The translations under genes were made by a program, and so were the position numbers. From positions 1 through 39,410 of the forward strand of contig CADEFK010000007.1 in NCBI GenBank assembly GCA_902826595.1: a stretch of 39,410 bases of DNA, given 5' to 3'. The notes under the pieces were generated by a model. It was not told where the DNA came from. It worked only from the letters and a program-made list of their open reading frames with translations, and made no database searches. Below, one piece after another: positions 25,520 to 34,878 of the stretch; position 1 is the first letter of the stretch; each line of letters opens with the position of its first letter. The DNA comes from an uncultured bacterium. GTDB lineage: Bacteria; Desulfobacterota_D; UBA1144; Nemesobacterales; UBA2774.

Positions 25520-27316
25520 TTGACCGACGAAAAAAGGCTTAAGAGAAAATTCGTGCTCGATTTATTGGGCCCGTATAAAAAATACATCGCCCTGCTGCTG
25601 GTGCTGTCATTATTTGCCGCCGCTTTCGACGGCATATCAATCGGCATGCTCGTCCCGCTCCTGGGCGGAATCCAGCAGATTAAGAATTACAGCCAGCTCC
25701 CGGAAGTACTCCAATCGCTTATAAATATCTTCTCCGGTTATCCGATCGAGAAACAGATACTCCTGTCGCTTATTTTGGTCGTACTCGCGCTGGTGCTAAA
25801 GAATCTCGTGCTGACAGTCTTTTATTATCTCACATACTGGCTCACGGCGAGATTTATCAAGGACCTCAGGGTACGCGTGGTAAACACGCTCATGACGGTA
25901 GGCATGGGATTCTACAACAACGTAAAGACAGGCGATCTCGTTGAAAACATTATCTACAACACCGCTATCACCGACGAAGTATTCAGGAAGTCGACGGAGT
26001 TGATCAACCTCATTATGTCATTCCTATTATTCCTCGCTCTCCTTGTCGTATTCTCCTGGAAACTTACAGCCGTTACGATCGTTCTTTCTGCAATCATAGC
26101 GTTCGGAGTGTCCATCTATATAAAGAAGATATCCCTATACGGGCTCAGATTGATAGGCAGCGGGAGAGAGTTTGCTGCGTCGCTTCACGAGAACCTGTCC
26201 GGAATCCAGGTTATAAAGTCTTTTTCGAAAGAAAGAGAGCAGACAATCAAGCTGAGGGACGGAATCGAAAAGCACGCCGCTAACCAGTTAAACCTCAGTT
26301 TTTCGACATTCATGGTCCACGTAATCACCGAAGCATTGGGGGTTCTGGCAATAGGAATACTGTTCCTTATAGCCATCAAGGGCTCGAAGATGGACTACAG
26401 GCTCGTTCTAACACAGATGCTTCCCTTCATATATATCCTCGCTCGCATGCTCCCGGTGATAAAGCAGATAAACCAGGCGAGGGGGGTCATCATAGGCAGG
26501 CTTCCTGCATTAGACGCCGTTTACGAGCTCATACGGCTCGACAATAAGCCCGTCCTCAGGGACGGGGATAAGCAGTATGCCGGCCTTAAGAGCGGCATAA
26601 GGTTCGAGTCCGTCACTTTTTCGTACAACGGCGGGGAAAGAGCCGCCCTGAACGACGCGCGATTCTTCATCCCTAAGGGCAAAACGACTGCGATCGTGGG
26701 GAAATCCGGGGCGGGGAAATCGACTATCATCAATCTGCTGCTGAGGTTCTACGACCCGCAGAGCGGAGATATATTTATCGACGACGAGCCCCTCAGGAAC
26801 ATGGCGGTCGAATCTTACCGACGCAATATCGGCATCGTCAGTCAGGATACATTCATATTCAATGACACGGTAAGGAACAACATCGCTTTCGGGCTGACCG
26901 GCGAGCCGTCGGACGAGATAATCACGGACGCCGCAAGGCGGGCGGGCGCGGACGAATTCATATCGGAGCTCATGCAGGGATACGACACGATTCTCGGAGA
27001 GAGGGGCCTCAGGCTCTCGGGTGGCCAGCGACAGAGGATATCCATCGCGCGGGCTATATTGAAAAACCCGGAGATACTCATACTCGACGAGGCGACGAGC
27101 TCTCTCGATACGAGGACCGAGGAGCTCATACACGAGGCGATCACCGAACTCAGCAGAAACAGAACGGTCGTGATCATCGCCCACAGACTCTCGACGATCA
27201 AGAACGCGGACCAGCTGATAGTGCTAAGGGACGGAAGGGTCTCGGAGACTGGAACGGAAACGGAGCTTTTGGGGCGTAGGGGGGAATACTATGAACTTGC
27301 CACTTCGGGCAAATGA
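25520..27316 (+). CDS. ABC exporter, fused TMD-NBD half-transporter (MsbA/PglK-like type I exporter)
   Basis: A six-helix TMD is followed by Walker A GKSGAGKST, signature LSGGQRQR and Walker B ILILDEATS. The start is TTG at 25520. Confidence 0.9.
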   Translation: MTDEKRLKRKFVLDLLGPYKKYIALLLVLSLFAAAFDGISIGMLVPLLGGIQQIKNYSQLPEVLQSLINIFSGYPIEKQILLSLILVVLALVLKNLVLTVFYYLTYWLTARFIKDLRVRVVNTLMTVGMGFYNNVKTGDLVENIIYNTAITDEVFRKSTELINLIMSFLLFLALLVVFSWKLTAVTIVLSAIIAFGVSIYIKKISLYGLRLIGSGREFAASLHENLSGIQVIKSFSKEREQTIKLRDGIEKHAANQLNLSFSTFMVHVITEALGVLAIGILFLIAIKGSKMDYRLVLTQMLPFIYILARMLPVIKQINQARGVIIGRLPALDAVYELIRLDNKPVLRDGDKQYAGLKSGIRFESVTFSYNGGERAALNDARFFIPKGKTTAIVGKSGAGKSTIINLLLRFYDPQSGDIFIDDEPLRNMAVESYRRNIGIVSQDTFIFNDTVRNNIAFGLTGEPSDEIITDAARRAGADEFISELMQGYDTILGERGLRLSGGQRQRISIARAILKNPEILILDEATSSLDTRTEELIHEAITELSRNRTVVIIAHRLSTIKNADQLIVLRDGRVSETGTETELLGRRGEYYELATSGK

Positions 27317-27389
27317 GCAGTGCCCGATACACCGGCAAGCCTCAGGGCCGGATGAACATACTATACAAGCTCATACGTAGCAGGGCGAT

Positions 27390-28415
27390 ATGAATTCCAA
27401 CAATCCATATATCTCGGTAATAATCCCCGTTTACAACGGAAGCGGCTATATAGAGAAAAGTCTGGGGGCTCTCGGGAGCTCTCTCTACAGATCGTTTGAG
27501 ACCATCGTGGTCGACGACGCTTCCTCGGACAATACGAGGGAAATATGCGGAGGCTTCGGCGTTACGGTCATCGGACTCGAGCGGCAGTCGGGGCCCGCGG
27601 CGGCGCGGAATGAAGGGGCGAAGAGGGCCGCGGGAGAAATTCTGCTCTTTATTGATGCGGACGTCGTCGTTACTGAAAACACGCTGGGACAGTTTGCCGG
27701 CCTTTTCGCAAGCCGGCCGGACATCTCCGCCGCGTTCGGGTCGTACGACGACAGCCCTTCCGCTCCTGATTTCATATCCCAGTACAGAAACCTGCTTCAT
27801 CATTTCGTACATCAGAGGTCTTCGGGGGAAGCGGATACGTTCTGGGCCGGATGCGGCGCGGTGAGGCGGAGCGTATTTTCGGAGCTCGGCGGATTCGACC
27901 CGGATAAATACCCGGCACCGTCCATCGAGGATATAGAGCTCGGCTACAGAATGAGGCAGAGGGGGTACGGCATATTGCTGGACAAGGATATACAAGTGAA
28001 ACATCTCAAGCGTTGGGAATGGCGGTCTGTCATCAGAACGGATATTTTTAACAGGGCCATACCGTGGTCGAAGCTCATATTAGAGACGCGGCGGATGCCG
28101 AGCGATATGAACCTCCGCATGACCGACAGGGTAAGCACAGCCCTTACAGGGTTGCTGTTTATAAGCTCGCTCATACTCGTATTGGACCTAATCGGGATTT
28201 TCCGCGTGGCACAGTTCGCGAGGATCATAATATTCGCTTTGATAATCGCTGCCGCTCTTGTCGTACTGAACAGGGACGTTTACGGATTCTTTATCCGTAG
28301 GAGGGGTCTCAAATTTACCCTCCTTGCGATACCTATGCACTTCTTTTATTACCTTTACTCCGGTGTTTCATTCTCCATATGCTGGATTAAAAAAAAGATT
28401 TCCAAAATAGTATGA
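27390..28415 (+). CDS. Family 2 glycosyltransferase with a C-terminal membrane domain
   Basis: The product contains ISVIIPVYNGSGYI, VVDDASSDNT, PAAARNEGA and FIDADVV (DxD). The last roughly 100 aa form hydrophobic helices. Confidence 0.88.
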   Translation: MNSNNPYISVIIPVYNGSGYIEKSLGALGSSLYRSFETIVVDDASSDNTREICGGFGVTVIGLERQSGPAAARNEGAKRAAGEILLFIDADVVVTENTLGQFAGLFASRPDISAAFGSYDDSPSAPDFISQYRNLLHHFVHQRSSGEADTFWAGCGAVRRSVFSELGGFDPDKYPAPSIEDIELGYRMRQRGYGILLDKDIQVKHLKRWEWRSVIRTDIFNRAIPWSKLILETRRMPSDMNLRMTDRVSTALTGLLFISSLILVLDLIGIFRVAQFARIIIFALIIAAALVVLNRDVYGFFIRRRGLKFTLLAIPMHFFYYLYSGVSFSICWIKKKISKIV

Positions 28416-28429
28416 ATGATGACTGATAC

Positions 28430-29026
28430 CTAAGACCGGGAAGAGGTATAGGTTCCGGTGAGCTTTTTTACATTCTCGACATCTTCGGGCTTGTCCAGAA
28501 TCTCCCCCTTGCCCATCTCGTAAAGGAAATTGGCATTGTCCCGGGGCGCATGACTTCTCACGTTCGGATCGAAGAAGACCTCTTTCGTGTGCACGAGCCC
28601 CGCCCTGTTATATGAAGCGAGCTCGTATTTCATGCCCATTCTTAGTGCGTCGCATGGGCACGCCTCCACGCAGAATCCGCAAAATACGCACCTCATGAAG
28701 TCGATATTGTAAACCTTCGGCCTCCGCTCTATACCGTAATCGTCCGCTGGCTCGGCCACGATGGAAATTGCCTGAGTGGGGCATGCGACCTCGCAGAGCT
28801 TGCACGCCACGCACCTGATCTCGCCGTCGTCGTCCGCCGGCATCACATGGAGGCCCCTGTACCGGGGCGGCAGCTCCTTGACCTCTTCCGGGTACTGAAT
28901 GGTAATGGGCTTAAAGTGTATCAGATGCTTGAGCGTAATAGCGAGACCGCCGATGATTTGCGGGAGATAGAGCTTCTCGTACCAGGTGAGCTCCGGATGT
29001 TTCAGCACTTTTATCTTTATCGACAT
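28430..29026 (-). CDS. NuoI-like 2x[4Fe-4S] ferredoxin (NADH-quinone oxidoreductase subunit I homolog), orphan
   Basis: The NuoI-type N-terminus is GLAITLKHLIHFKPITIQYPEE...PPRYRG. Two CxxCxxCxxxCP motifs are present (CVACKLCEVACP, CVFCGFCVEACP). No other nuo genes occur in the window. Confidence 0.75.
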   Translation of the reverse strand: MSIKIKVLKHPELTWYEKLYLPQIIGGLAITLKHLIHFKPITIQYPEEVKELPPRYRGLHVMPADDDGEIRCVACKLCEVACPTQAISIVAEPADDYGIERRPKVYNIDFMRCVFCGFCVEACPCDALRMGMKYELASYNRAGLVHTKEVFFDPNVRSHAPRDNANFLYEMGKGEILDKPEDVENVKKLTGTYTSSRS

Positions 29027-29106
29027 CTATATTATCCTGTACACGCCTGTATATAACTTATAACATATATCGGCGGTTTTTAAAGCCGGGACCTCATACC
29101 AGCCCG

Positions 29107-30882
29107 TCAGTCGGCGAGCTCCTTCTTTAATCTCGAATAGACGATAATCCCGGAAGCCAAGGAGCCTGTTATCATAAGAGCGCCCGTCAGGAACGAGCCG
29201 AGGAGCACTTTACCGACGCCAGTCATGCCGAGGAGAATAAAGCCGACTCCAAGGACCCAATTTATAATAACCGGGGAGAAGCCGGGACTTTCGATGCCGG
29301 GATTGAGCTCCCTCGCAGGCTTCCACCACCCCCACGGACGCACCCTTTTGTAGAAACCCGACAGGGTCTCGATCGGCTCGGGGCGCGTGATGAAAGTCAC
29401 GGCGACCCAGATAATCGAGGATACCGGTATGACAAGTATCTGGTGCCTGAGCTCGAGCGGAATTCCCTCCGATCTGGTATACAACACTATTGCTAGAATC
29501 GTAACGAGTGAAGAGGCGAGTGCGGATATCTCCGACCACGCGTTTATCCTCCACCAGAACCACCGGAGCACGAGTACGAGTCCTATGCCCGCGCTCATCG
29601 CCCAGAGGAATATCCAGGCTTTCCCTATGTTTGTAATATGGAGCGCGAAATACCCGGCCAGCAGGGTCAATACCAGCGTGCAGAGCCTCGATACCAGTAT
29701 GTAGTGCTTCTCGCCGGCTTTCTTGTTTATAAACCGCCTGTAAATGTCGTTCATCAGATAAGAGGCGCCCCAGTTGAGCTGTGTCGAGAGTGTCGACATG
29801 AAGGCAGCCAGAAAACTCACGAATAGCAGGCCCTTGAGCCCGGGGCCGAGGAAGTCCCTGATTACAACAATATACATGGCCTCATTGTCCCCCTTCGCGG
29901 CGTCCGCACTGGAATAGATTATTAAAGAAGCGAGCGCGACAAGCACCCACGGCCAGAAGCGGATTATGTAGTGGTTGACGGCGAACCATGCAGTTCCGGC
30001 GACCGAGTGCCTCTCGTTCTTCGCGGAGCACATCCTCTGTATGAAATACCCACCGCCGTCCGCGTTGTGGGAAGACCACCAGATGACGGTGACGTAAACG
30101 AGGAAAGTAAAAAAGCTCGATGAGAGGAATCCGTCGCTGACCGGAGTGCCGCCGGAAGGGGTCATTATTAAAGCCAGATGCTTTTTATCTATACTTCCCA
30201 GCTTCTCGATGAACCCGGAAAACCCCCCTATTTCAGGTGATCCTATTACGACCCATGCGAGGATTATTGTGCCGAAGAGCGCGATAAAATACTGGAAGAA
30301 ATCCGTAAGCGCTACTCCCCATATACCGGACATCATCGTATAGAAAAAGGCTATGGAAATACAAATTACGATCGCGGCGGTGGTCTCCACCCCGAAAAAT
30401 ATTTTCAAGACCTTCGCCATCGCGCTTATCACCCACCCCATAACTATGAAATTGAAAAGGGTGGAGAAATATAATGCCTTGAACCCCCTCAAGAACGCGG
30501 CCGGCTTGCCGCTATACCTTATCTCTATGAGCTCGTTGTCGGTAATAACCTCGGCCCTTCTCCAGAGCCTAGCGAATACGAGCAAAATGAATACGTGACT
30601 GAACACGTAATTCCACCAGAACCAGTTTTTCCATATCCCCTCGGTCCTGACCCAGCCCGTGACGGCGAGCGGGGTATCGGCCGCGAAAGTGGTAGCGACC
30701 ATGGAGGTGCCGAGGAGCCACCAGGACATGTTCCTGTCGGACACGAAGTAGGAGGACATGCTTCCGCTCGCCCTCTTCGTGAAATATACCCCGACGGCAA
30801 GAGACAGGAGCAGGTACGCTGCGACTATGCACCAATCGAGCGGGCTTAACGCGGATAACGCTGTGGCCAGGGCCGATCCCAT
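29107..30882 (-). CDS. Sodium:solute symporter (SSF) family transporter
   Basis: The 591-aa polytopic protein has the N-terminal SSF pattern YFVSDRNMSWWLLGTSMVATTFAADTPLAVTG. Confidence 0.88.
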   Translation of the reverse strand: MGSALATALSALSPLDWCIVAAYLLLSLAVGVYFTKRASGSMSSYFVSDRNMSWWLLGTSMVATTFAADTPLAVTGWVRTEGIWKNWFWWNYVFSHVFILLVFARLWRRAEVITDNELIEIRYSGKPAAFLRGFKALYFSTLFNFIVMGWVISAMAKVLKIFFGVETTAAIVICISIAFFYTMMSGIWGVALTDFFQYFIALFGTIILAWVVIGSPEIGGFSGFIEKLGSIDKKHLALIMTPSGGTPVSDGFLSSSFFTFLVYVTVIWWSSHNADGGGYFIQRMCSAKNERHSVAGTAWFAVNHYIIRFWPWVLVALASLIIYSSADAAKGDNEAMYIVVIRDFLGPGLKGLLFVSFLAAFMSTLSTQLNWGASYLMNDIYRRFINKKAGEKHYILVSRLCTLVLTLLAGYFALHITNIGKAWIFLWAMSAGIGLVLVLRWFWWRINAWSEISALASSLVTILAIVLYTRSEGIPLELRHQILVIPVSSIIWVAVTFITRPEPIETLSGFYKRVRPWGWWKPARELNPGIESPGFSPVIINWVLGVGFILLGMTGVGKVLLGSFLTGALMITGSLASGIIVYSRLKKELAD

Positions 30883-30925
30883 TGCGGGGTAATTTACCTG
30901 ATAAGGATTTGAGGTGATAGTAAAA

Positions 30926-32467
30926 CTACAATCTTAAACCGACGGGAATTCTACCTCTCGCTTCCATGCCGCCTAGGAGCACGCGGGCGGCAGAGGACTG
31001 GCACGCGTCCATGGAATCGAATGCGCATATGACGGTATCGAATTTATCGAATCCCCTGACTACATAGGGGGAGCCGAAAGACAGGAGGGCTTTCTCCGCG
31101 GGAAGCGCGGCTAACTCGTTCAATAAGCCCCTGAAGAATTCCGGCAGTGCGGACTGCTTTTTCCAGGCCCCGACTGTAGTGTAGATCAGGCATATGAGGG
31201 CGCCGTACTCTTCTGATCGGACAATTAATTTATCGAGCTCAGTAGTGTAGGTAACGGGGACCAATTTAAATTCTACCCCGGCCCCGGCGAGCTGCCGCGT
31301 GAAACCCGCCGCTATGTCCACGTCCGACCGGGTTACGTCGAATACGAGGACAACGGCCTTCCGGGAGCGGAGGCTCCCGCCCTTAAGTCTGCATATCGAG
31401 CTTTCCGCAATGCGGCGTATAATCCCGGGGCCGTCGGGAAGCGGTGCGGAAGCGTGAGCGGCCGGCTTATTCAGCCGGTTGTTTTTAACGGTAATTATGC
31501 GTCCCGCCGACCTCTCGAGCGTATTGAGGTTCAGCTCTCCCGTGGCGGCCATATCGACGAGCCTGCTTAAGAGTGTTATAGGATCCCTGGGGTCGAGTAT
31601 AATGTCGCAGCCCGCATCGAGAGCGAGGTGGGCGTTATCCCATTCATCCCCGATCCTGTTTATTCCGGACATGTGGAAGGAATCGGTTATTACCAGGCCA
31701 GCGTACCCCCAATCCCTTCTCAGAATCCCGTCTATGATATTTCCGGATATAGTCGCGGGGATATTCCCGTTTCCGATCCTGGGGAACGCCACATGGGCGG
31801 TCATGATCGCGGCGACGTCCGCCCGGGCGGCACTCCTGAACGGAGCAAGACCGCATGATTCGAGCTCGCGGAGCGTCGTGTCCAGAACGGGCATAACCTC
31901 ATGAGAATCGGCGCCCGTCCCGCCGTGTCCGGGAAAGTGCTTCCCGCAGGCGAGCACGCCCGCCTCCTGTGCACCCCTGATAAAAGCCGCGCCCAGGCGT
32001 GATACGAGACCGGGATCGTCCCCGTACGCGCGGATGCTGATTATAGGGTTTTGAGGATTCGTGTTCACGTCGAGCACCGGGGCGAAGATCAGGTTCAATC
32101 CGCACTCTTTCATTTCATCGGCTATGAACCGCGCTTCCTCATATACGAGAGCTTCATCCCCTGCAGCCCCGAGCGACATAGTGAATGGAAAGCGGACGGC
32201 ATCGGACAATACCTGCCCTACCCCGCGCTCGGCGTCGATACCGAAGAGCAATGGAACTGCTGATATCGAATTGAGCTCTTCGGTCGCATCGGACACTGAC
32301 CGCTTGTCCCCTCCGAAAACAATGAAGCCACCTGCCCTGTATTCACTCACGAGCATCTTCGCGAGAGGAACCGGGTCGGGCCCTCTGAAGTCGAGCCTGG
32401 GCATTACGACCTGACCCGCTTTTTCGGGCGTGCCGAGATCAGATATTTTTATATGCTTATCATTCAT
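30926..32467 (-). CDS. nagZ: GH3 beta-N-acetylhexosaminidase (NagZ-like) with a C-terminal extension
   Basis: Motifs present are FAPVLDV, GKHFPGHGGTGADSH and ITDSFHMSGI. There is no signal peptide, so the protein is cytoplasmic. About 170 extra C-terminal residues are present. Confidence 0.85.
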   Translation of the reverse strand: MNDKHIKISDLGTPEKAGQVVMPRLDFRGPDPVPLAKMLVSEYRAGGFIVFGGDKRSVSDATEELNSISAVPLLFGIDAERGVGQVLSDAVRFPFTMSLGAAGDEALVYEEARFIADEMKECGLNLIFAPVLDVNTNPQNPIISIRAYGDDPGLVSRLGAAFIRGAQEAGVLACGKHFPGHGGTGADSHEVMPVLDTTLRELESCGLAPFRSAARADVAAIMTAHVAFPRIGNGNIPATISGNIIDGILRRDWGYAGLVITDSFHMSGINRIGDEWDNAHLALDAGCDIILDPRDPITLLSRLVDMAATGELNLNTLERSAGRIITVKNNRLNKPAAHASAPLPDGPGIIRRIAESSICRLKGGSLRSRKAVVLVFDVTRSDVDIAAGFTRQLAGAGVEFKLVPVTYTTELDKLIVRSEEYGALICLIYTTVGAWKKQSALPEFFRGLLNELAALPAEKALLSFGSPYVVRGFDKFDTVICAFDSMDACQSSAARVLLGGMEARGRIPVGLRL

Positions 32468-32507
32468 ACGATTCAGAAAGCGGTCTTGATCAGATAAAGC
32501 CCGGTAA

Positions 32508-33689
32508 TCATAATCCCCCCAATACTATCTTTCCCAAAGGCACCCTGTGCGAAGCGCCTGTGACGCGCGCGAGGTTCCCCGGGTTCCCGGAAACAAGCTC
32601 GTTGGCCAGTATAGCGAAAGCCACGGCCTCCTTCGCATCGGAAGGGATCCCGTAATCATCTGTCGTCGAGCATTTTATATTATTAAATTCAGCCCTGAGC
32701 CTTTTCATCAAGACGGGGTTCCTGCACCCGCCGCCGCTGAATATTATCTCGCTGATCCGGCCGTTAGGGAATATAAACCTCTCGTAAGAAAGTGAGATCG
32801 ATTTTACCGTAAGCTCAACTAGCGTCGCGATCATGTCATCGAGCGAAATCTCACCTCTTTTTACAAAGGAAACGAGAGCCGACGCACGCTCCATACCGAA
32901 CAGCTCCTCTCCGGTCGATTTTGGGGGAGGCTTCATGAAATAAGGGTCCGCCAGGAGCTCGTTAAGTAGTTTTTCATCCGCTTTGCCCCGCGATGCGCAT
33001 TCGCCGTCTTTATCGAATTGCTTCCGTCCACTTGTAGAGATGCTCATAACCCTGTCCATGAGCATATTTCCGGGACCGGTATCGAACGCGGTCACTTCAT
33101 CGACGCTCTCCGTAATTACGGACGCGTTCGCTATGCCGCCTATATTCTGGGCTATGCGTACGTCGCCGGGTTTCATGAACAGTATGTAATCCGCATAGGG
33201 CACGAGCGGGGCGCCCTCGCCGCCTGCGGCTATGTCACGCGTCCTGAAGTCCCCGATAGTTGTCACGCCTGTCGCCTCGGCGATCACATCGAGCTCCCCC
33301 AGCTGGAGCGTGGAGGGAGTCCCCTCATGCCGGGACGGTGGGTTGTGATATACCGTCTGGCCGTGGGAGCCGATCAAATCGACCAGTTTTCTATCCGTCC
33401 CCGACTCGTCGATAACCCTGAGGACCGCTTTCGCGAACGCGTCCCCTATGAGAAAATTGAGCATCGAAATTTCAGCCGCGGAGCATTGTGGCGTCAAGGC
33501 TTCGAGCCCCTCTCTTATTCCCTCTTCGTAGGGGACGCAGATGAATTCAATCAGCTCGATCCGCGTGTCTCCGCCGCTCCCCCGGATTTTAACGAGGGCC
33601 GCGTCTATGCCGTCCCTCGACGTGCCGGAGATGAGGCCGACAATGAGCTTTTCTTTTTTATCGAAGAGTGATTTCAGTTTGTCTAACAT
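32508..33689 (-). CDS. anmK: Anhydro-N-acetylmuramic acid kinase
   Basis: The product contains LIVGLISGTSRDGIDAALV, NIGGIAN and TGPGNMLMD. The length is 393 aa. Confidence 0.9.
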   Translation of the reverse strand: MLDKLKSLFDKKEKLIVGLISGTSRDGIDAALVKIRGSGGDTRIELIEFICVPYEEGIREGLEALTPQCSAAEISMLNFLIGDAFAKAVLRVIDESGTDRKLVDLIGSHGQTVYHNPPSRHEGTPSTLQLGELDVIAEATGVTTIGDFRTRDIAAGGEGAPLVPYADYILFMKPGDVRIAQNIGGIANASVITESVDEVTAFDTGPGNMLMDRVMSISTSGRKQFDKDGECASRGKADEKLLNELLADPYFMKPPPKSTGEELFGMERASALVSFVKRGEISLDDMIATLVELTVKSISLSYERFIFPNGRISEIIFSGGGCRNPVLMKRLRAEFNNIKCSTTDDYGIPSDAKEAVAFAILANELVSGNPGNLARVTGASHRVPLGKIVLGGL

Positions 33690-33750
33690 ATAGAGCGGCG
33701 TTTTGGTTTCTTTCCGAAACTATTTTCAGAACAATTATTCAGAGTGAGAA

Positions 33751-34686
33751 TTAACCAAGCGCCCTTCGCAAAAAACCGTTATTCTTCTGCAGCAGATCCT
33801 TCGCTTTTTTATAGCTGAGACCCTTTTTCGCCATCACGACCGACGTCTTGACGTCCCAGCCGGACCTCTTGAGCAGCTCCGCCGCCTCCTGTTCGTCCAC
33901 ACCCGCGATTTCCATTACGATCCTTTTAGCCCTGTCTCTCAACTTTGAGGACCTCGGCAGCACGTCTATCATCAGGTTCCCGTAGGTCTTTCCGAGCTTG
34001 ACCATGGCCCCCGTCGTGAGCATATTCAAAACCATTTTAGTCGCGGTGCCCGCCTTCATACGCGTCGAGCCGACGACGGCTTCGGGCCCCACAAGAAGAG
34101 AGATGACGATATCGGGGACACGGGAATCGGCCTTGTTACACGTCACGAGAATCCTCCCGCTCCCCTTCTTCTCAGCATAAGAGAGGGCGCTCTCGACAAA
34201 AGGGGTAGTCGCGCTCGCGGCTATTCCGACGAGGACGTCCGCCTCATTGAGGCCCATTTTTTTCAGCTCCGCTTTCGCTTCTTCAGTCGAGTCTTCAGCC
34301 CCTTCGACGGATTTCCACACAGCTTTTCTGCCCCCCGCTATTATCGCCCTTATGAGTGAAGGGTCTGTCCCGAAAGTCGGGGGGCATTCGGCCGCTTCCA
34401 TCACGCCCAGCCGCCCGCTCGTCCCGGCGCCTATGAATATGAGGCGGCCTCCGCGGCCCATCCTTTCGACTATCAATTCCACTGCCGCCGCGATATGATC
34501 CTTCTCCTTTTCGACAGCCCCTGAGATCGAGCCGTCTTCGGCCAAGATGAGCCCGACTATCTCTTCAGCGGAACATTCATCGAGGCGTGCCGTGCGGGGG
34601 TTGATTCTCTCTGTAAGGAGGTGTCCGGTCTTTCGGCTTTTCGTCACTGGGATAATTATATCCCGAAGAGGCGGAATAATTAACAC
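33751..34686 (-). CDS. murQ: N-acetylmuramic acid 6-phosphate etherase
   Basis: The product has TERINPRTARLD, the SIS motif FIGAGTSGRLG and the C-terminal helical tail. The GTG at 34686 is the start in the ORF track. An internal GTG at 34647 would give a product of about 298 aa, the typical MurQ length. Confidence 0.9.
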   Translation of the reverse strand: MLIIPPLRDIIIPVTKSRKTGHLLTERINPRTARLDECSAEEIVGLILAEDGSISGAVEKEKDHIAAAVELIVERMGRGGRLIFIGAGTSGRLGVMEAAECPPTFGTDPSLIRAIIAGGRKAVWKSVEGAEDSTEEAKAELKKMGLNEADVLVGIAASATTPFVESALSYAEKKGSGRILVTCNKADSRVPDIVISLLVGPEAVVGSTRMKAGTATKMVLNMLTTGAMVKLGKTYGNLMIDVLPRSSKLRDRAKRIVMEIAGVDEQEAAELLKRSGWDVKTSVVMAKKGLSYKKAKDLLQKNNGFLRRALG

Positions 34687-34742
34687 CGGGGGGATATATT
34701 TATTGACAATCCCCCGCTCATATAATAGATTTTCAGGTGAAA

Positions 34743-34818
34743 GCGGGTGTAGCTCAGCTGGTAGAGCATAAGCTTCCCAAGCTTAGGGTCGCGGGTTCGA
34801 ATCCCGTCGCCCGCTCCA
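34743..34818 (+). tRNA. tRNA-Gly (anticodon CCC), with encoded CCA
   Basis: I folded the cloverleaf by hand. The acceptor stem pairs GCGGGTG with CGCCCGC (one G-U pair). The D-arm is GCTC/GAGC. The anticodon stem pairs TAAGC with GCTTA, and the loop TTCCCAA gives anticodon CCC. The T-arm is GCGGG-TTCGAAT-CCCGT. The discriminator is T, followed by CCA. Confidence 0.9.
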
Positions 34819-34841
34819 TTCAAAACAATCACCTTTTAAAT

Positions 34842-34865
34842 AAAAAACAGGGTTCGAACCCGCTG
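34842..34865 (-). terminator. Candidate intrinsic terminator for the MCE/MlaD-like gene
   Basis: On the minus strand the sequence reads CAGCGGGTTCGAACCCTG followed by TTTTTT. The stem is short and G+C-rich, built around the palindrome GGGTTCGAACCC. Confidence 0.4.
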
Positions 34866-34878
34866 AGATAATAGAACT

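Noticed and set aside
34836-34870. A tRNA T-arm-like sequence (GGGTTCGAACCC) lies 30 nt downstream of tRNA-Gly and could be an att-site or integration scar.
   Set aside because: Only the roughly 9-nt GGGTTCGAA core matches the tRNA T-arm. No extended direct repeat of the tRNA 3' end is present, and no integrase or foreign-looking genes flank it. The palindrome followed by T6 on the minus strand is better explained as the terminator of the MCE gene.
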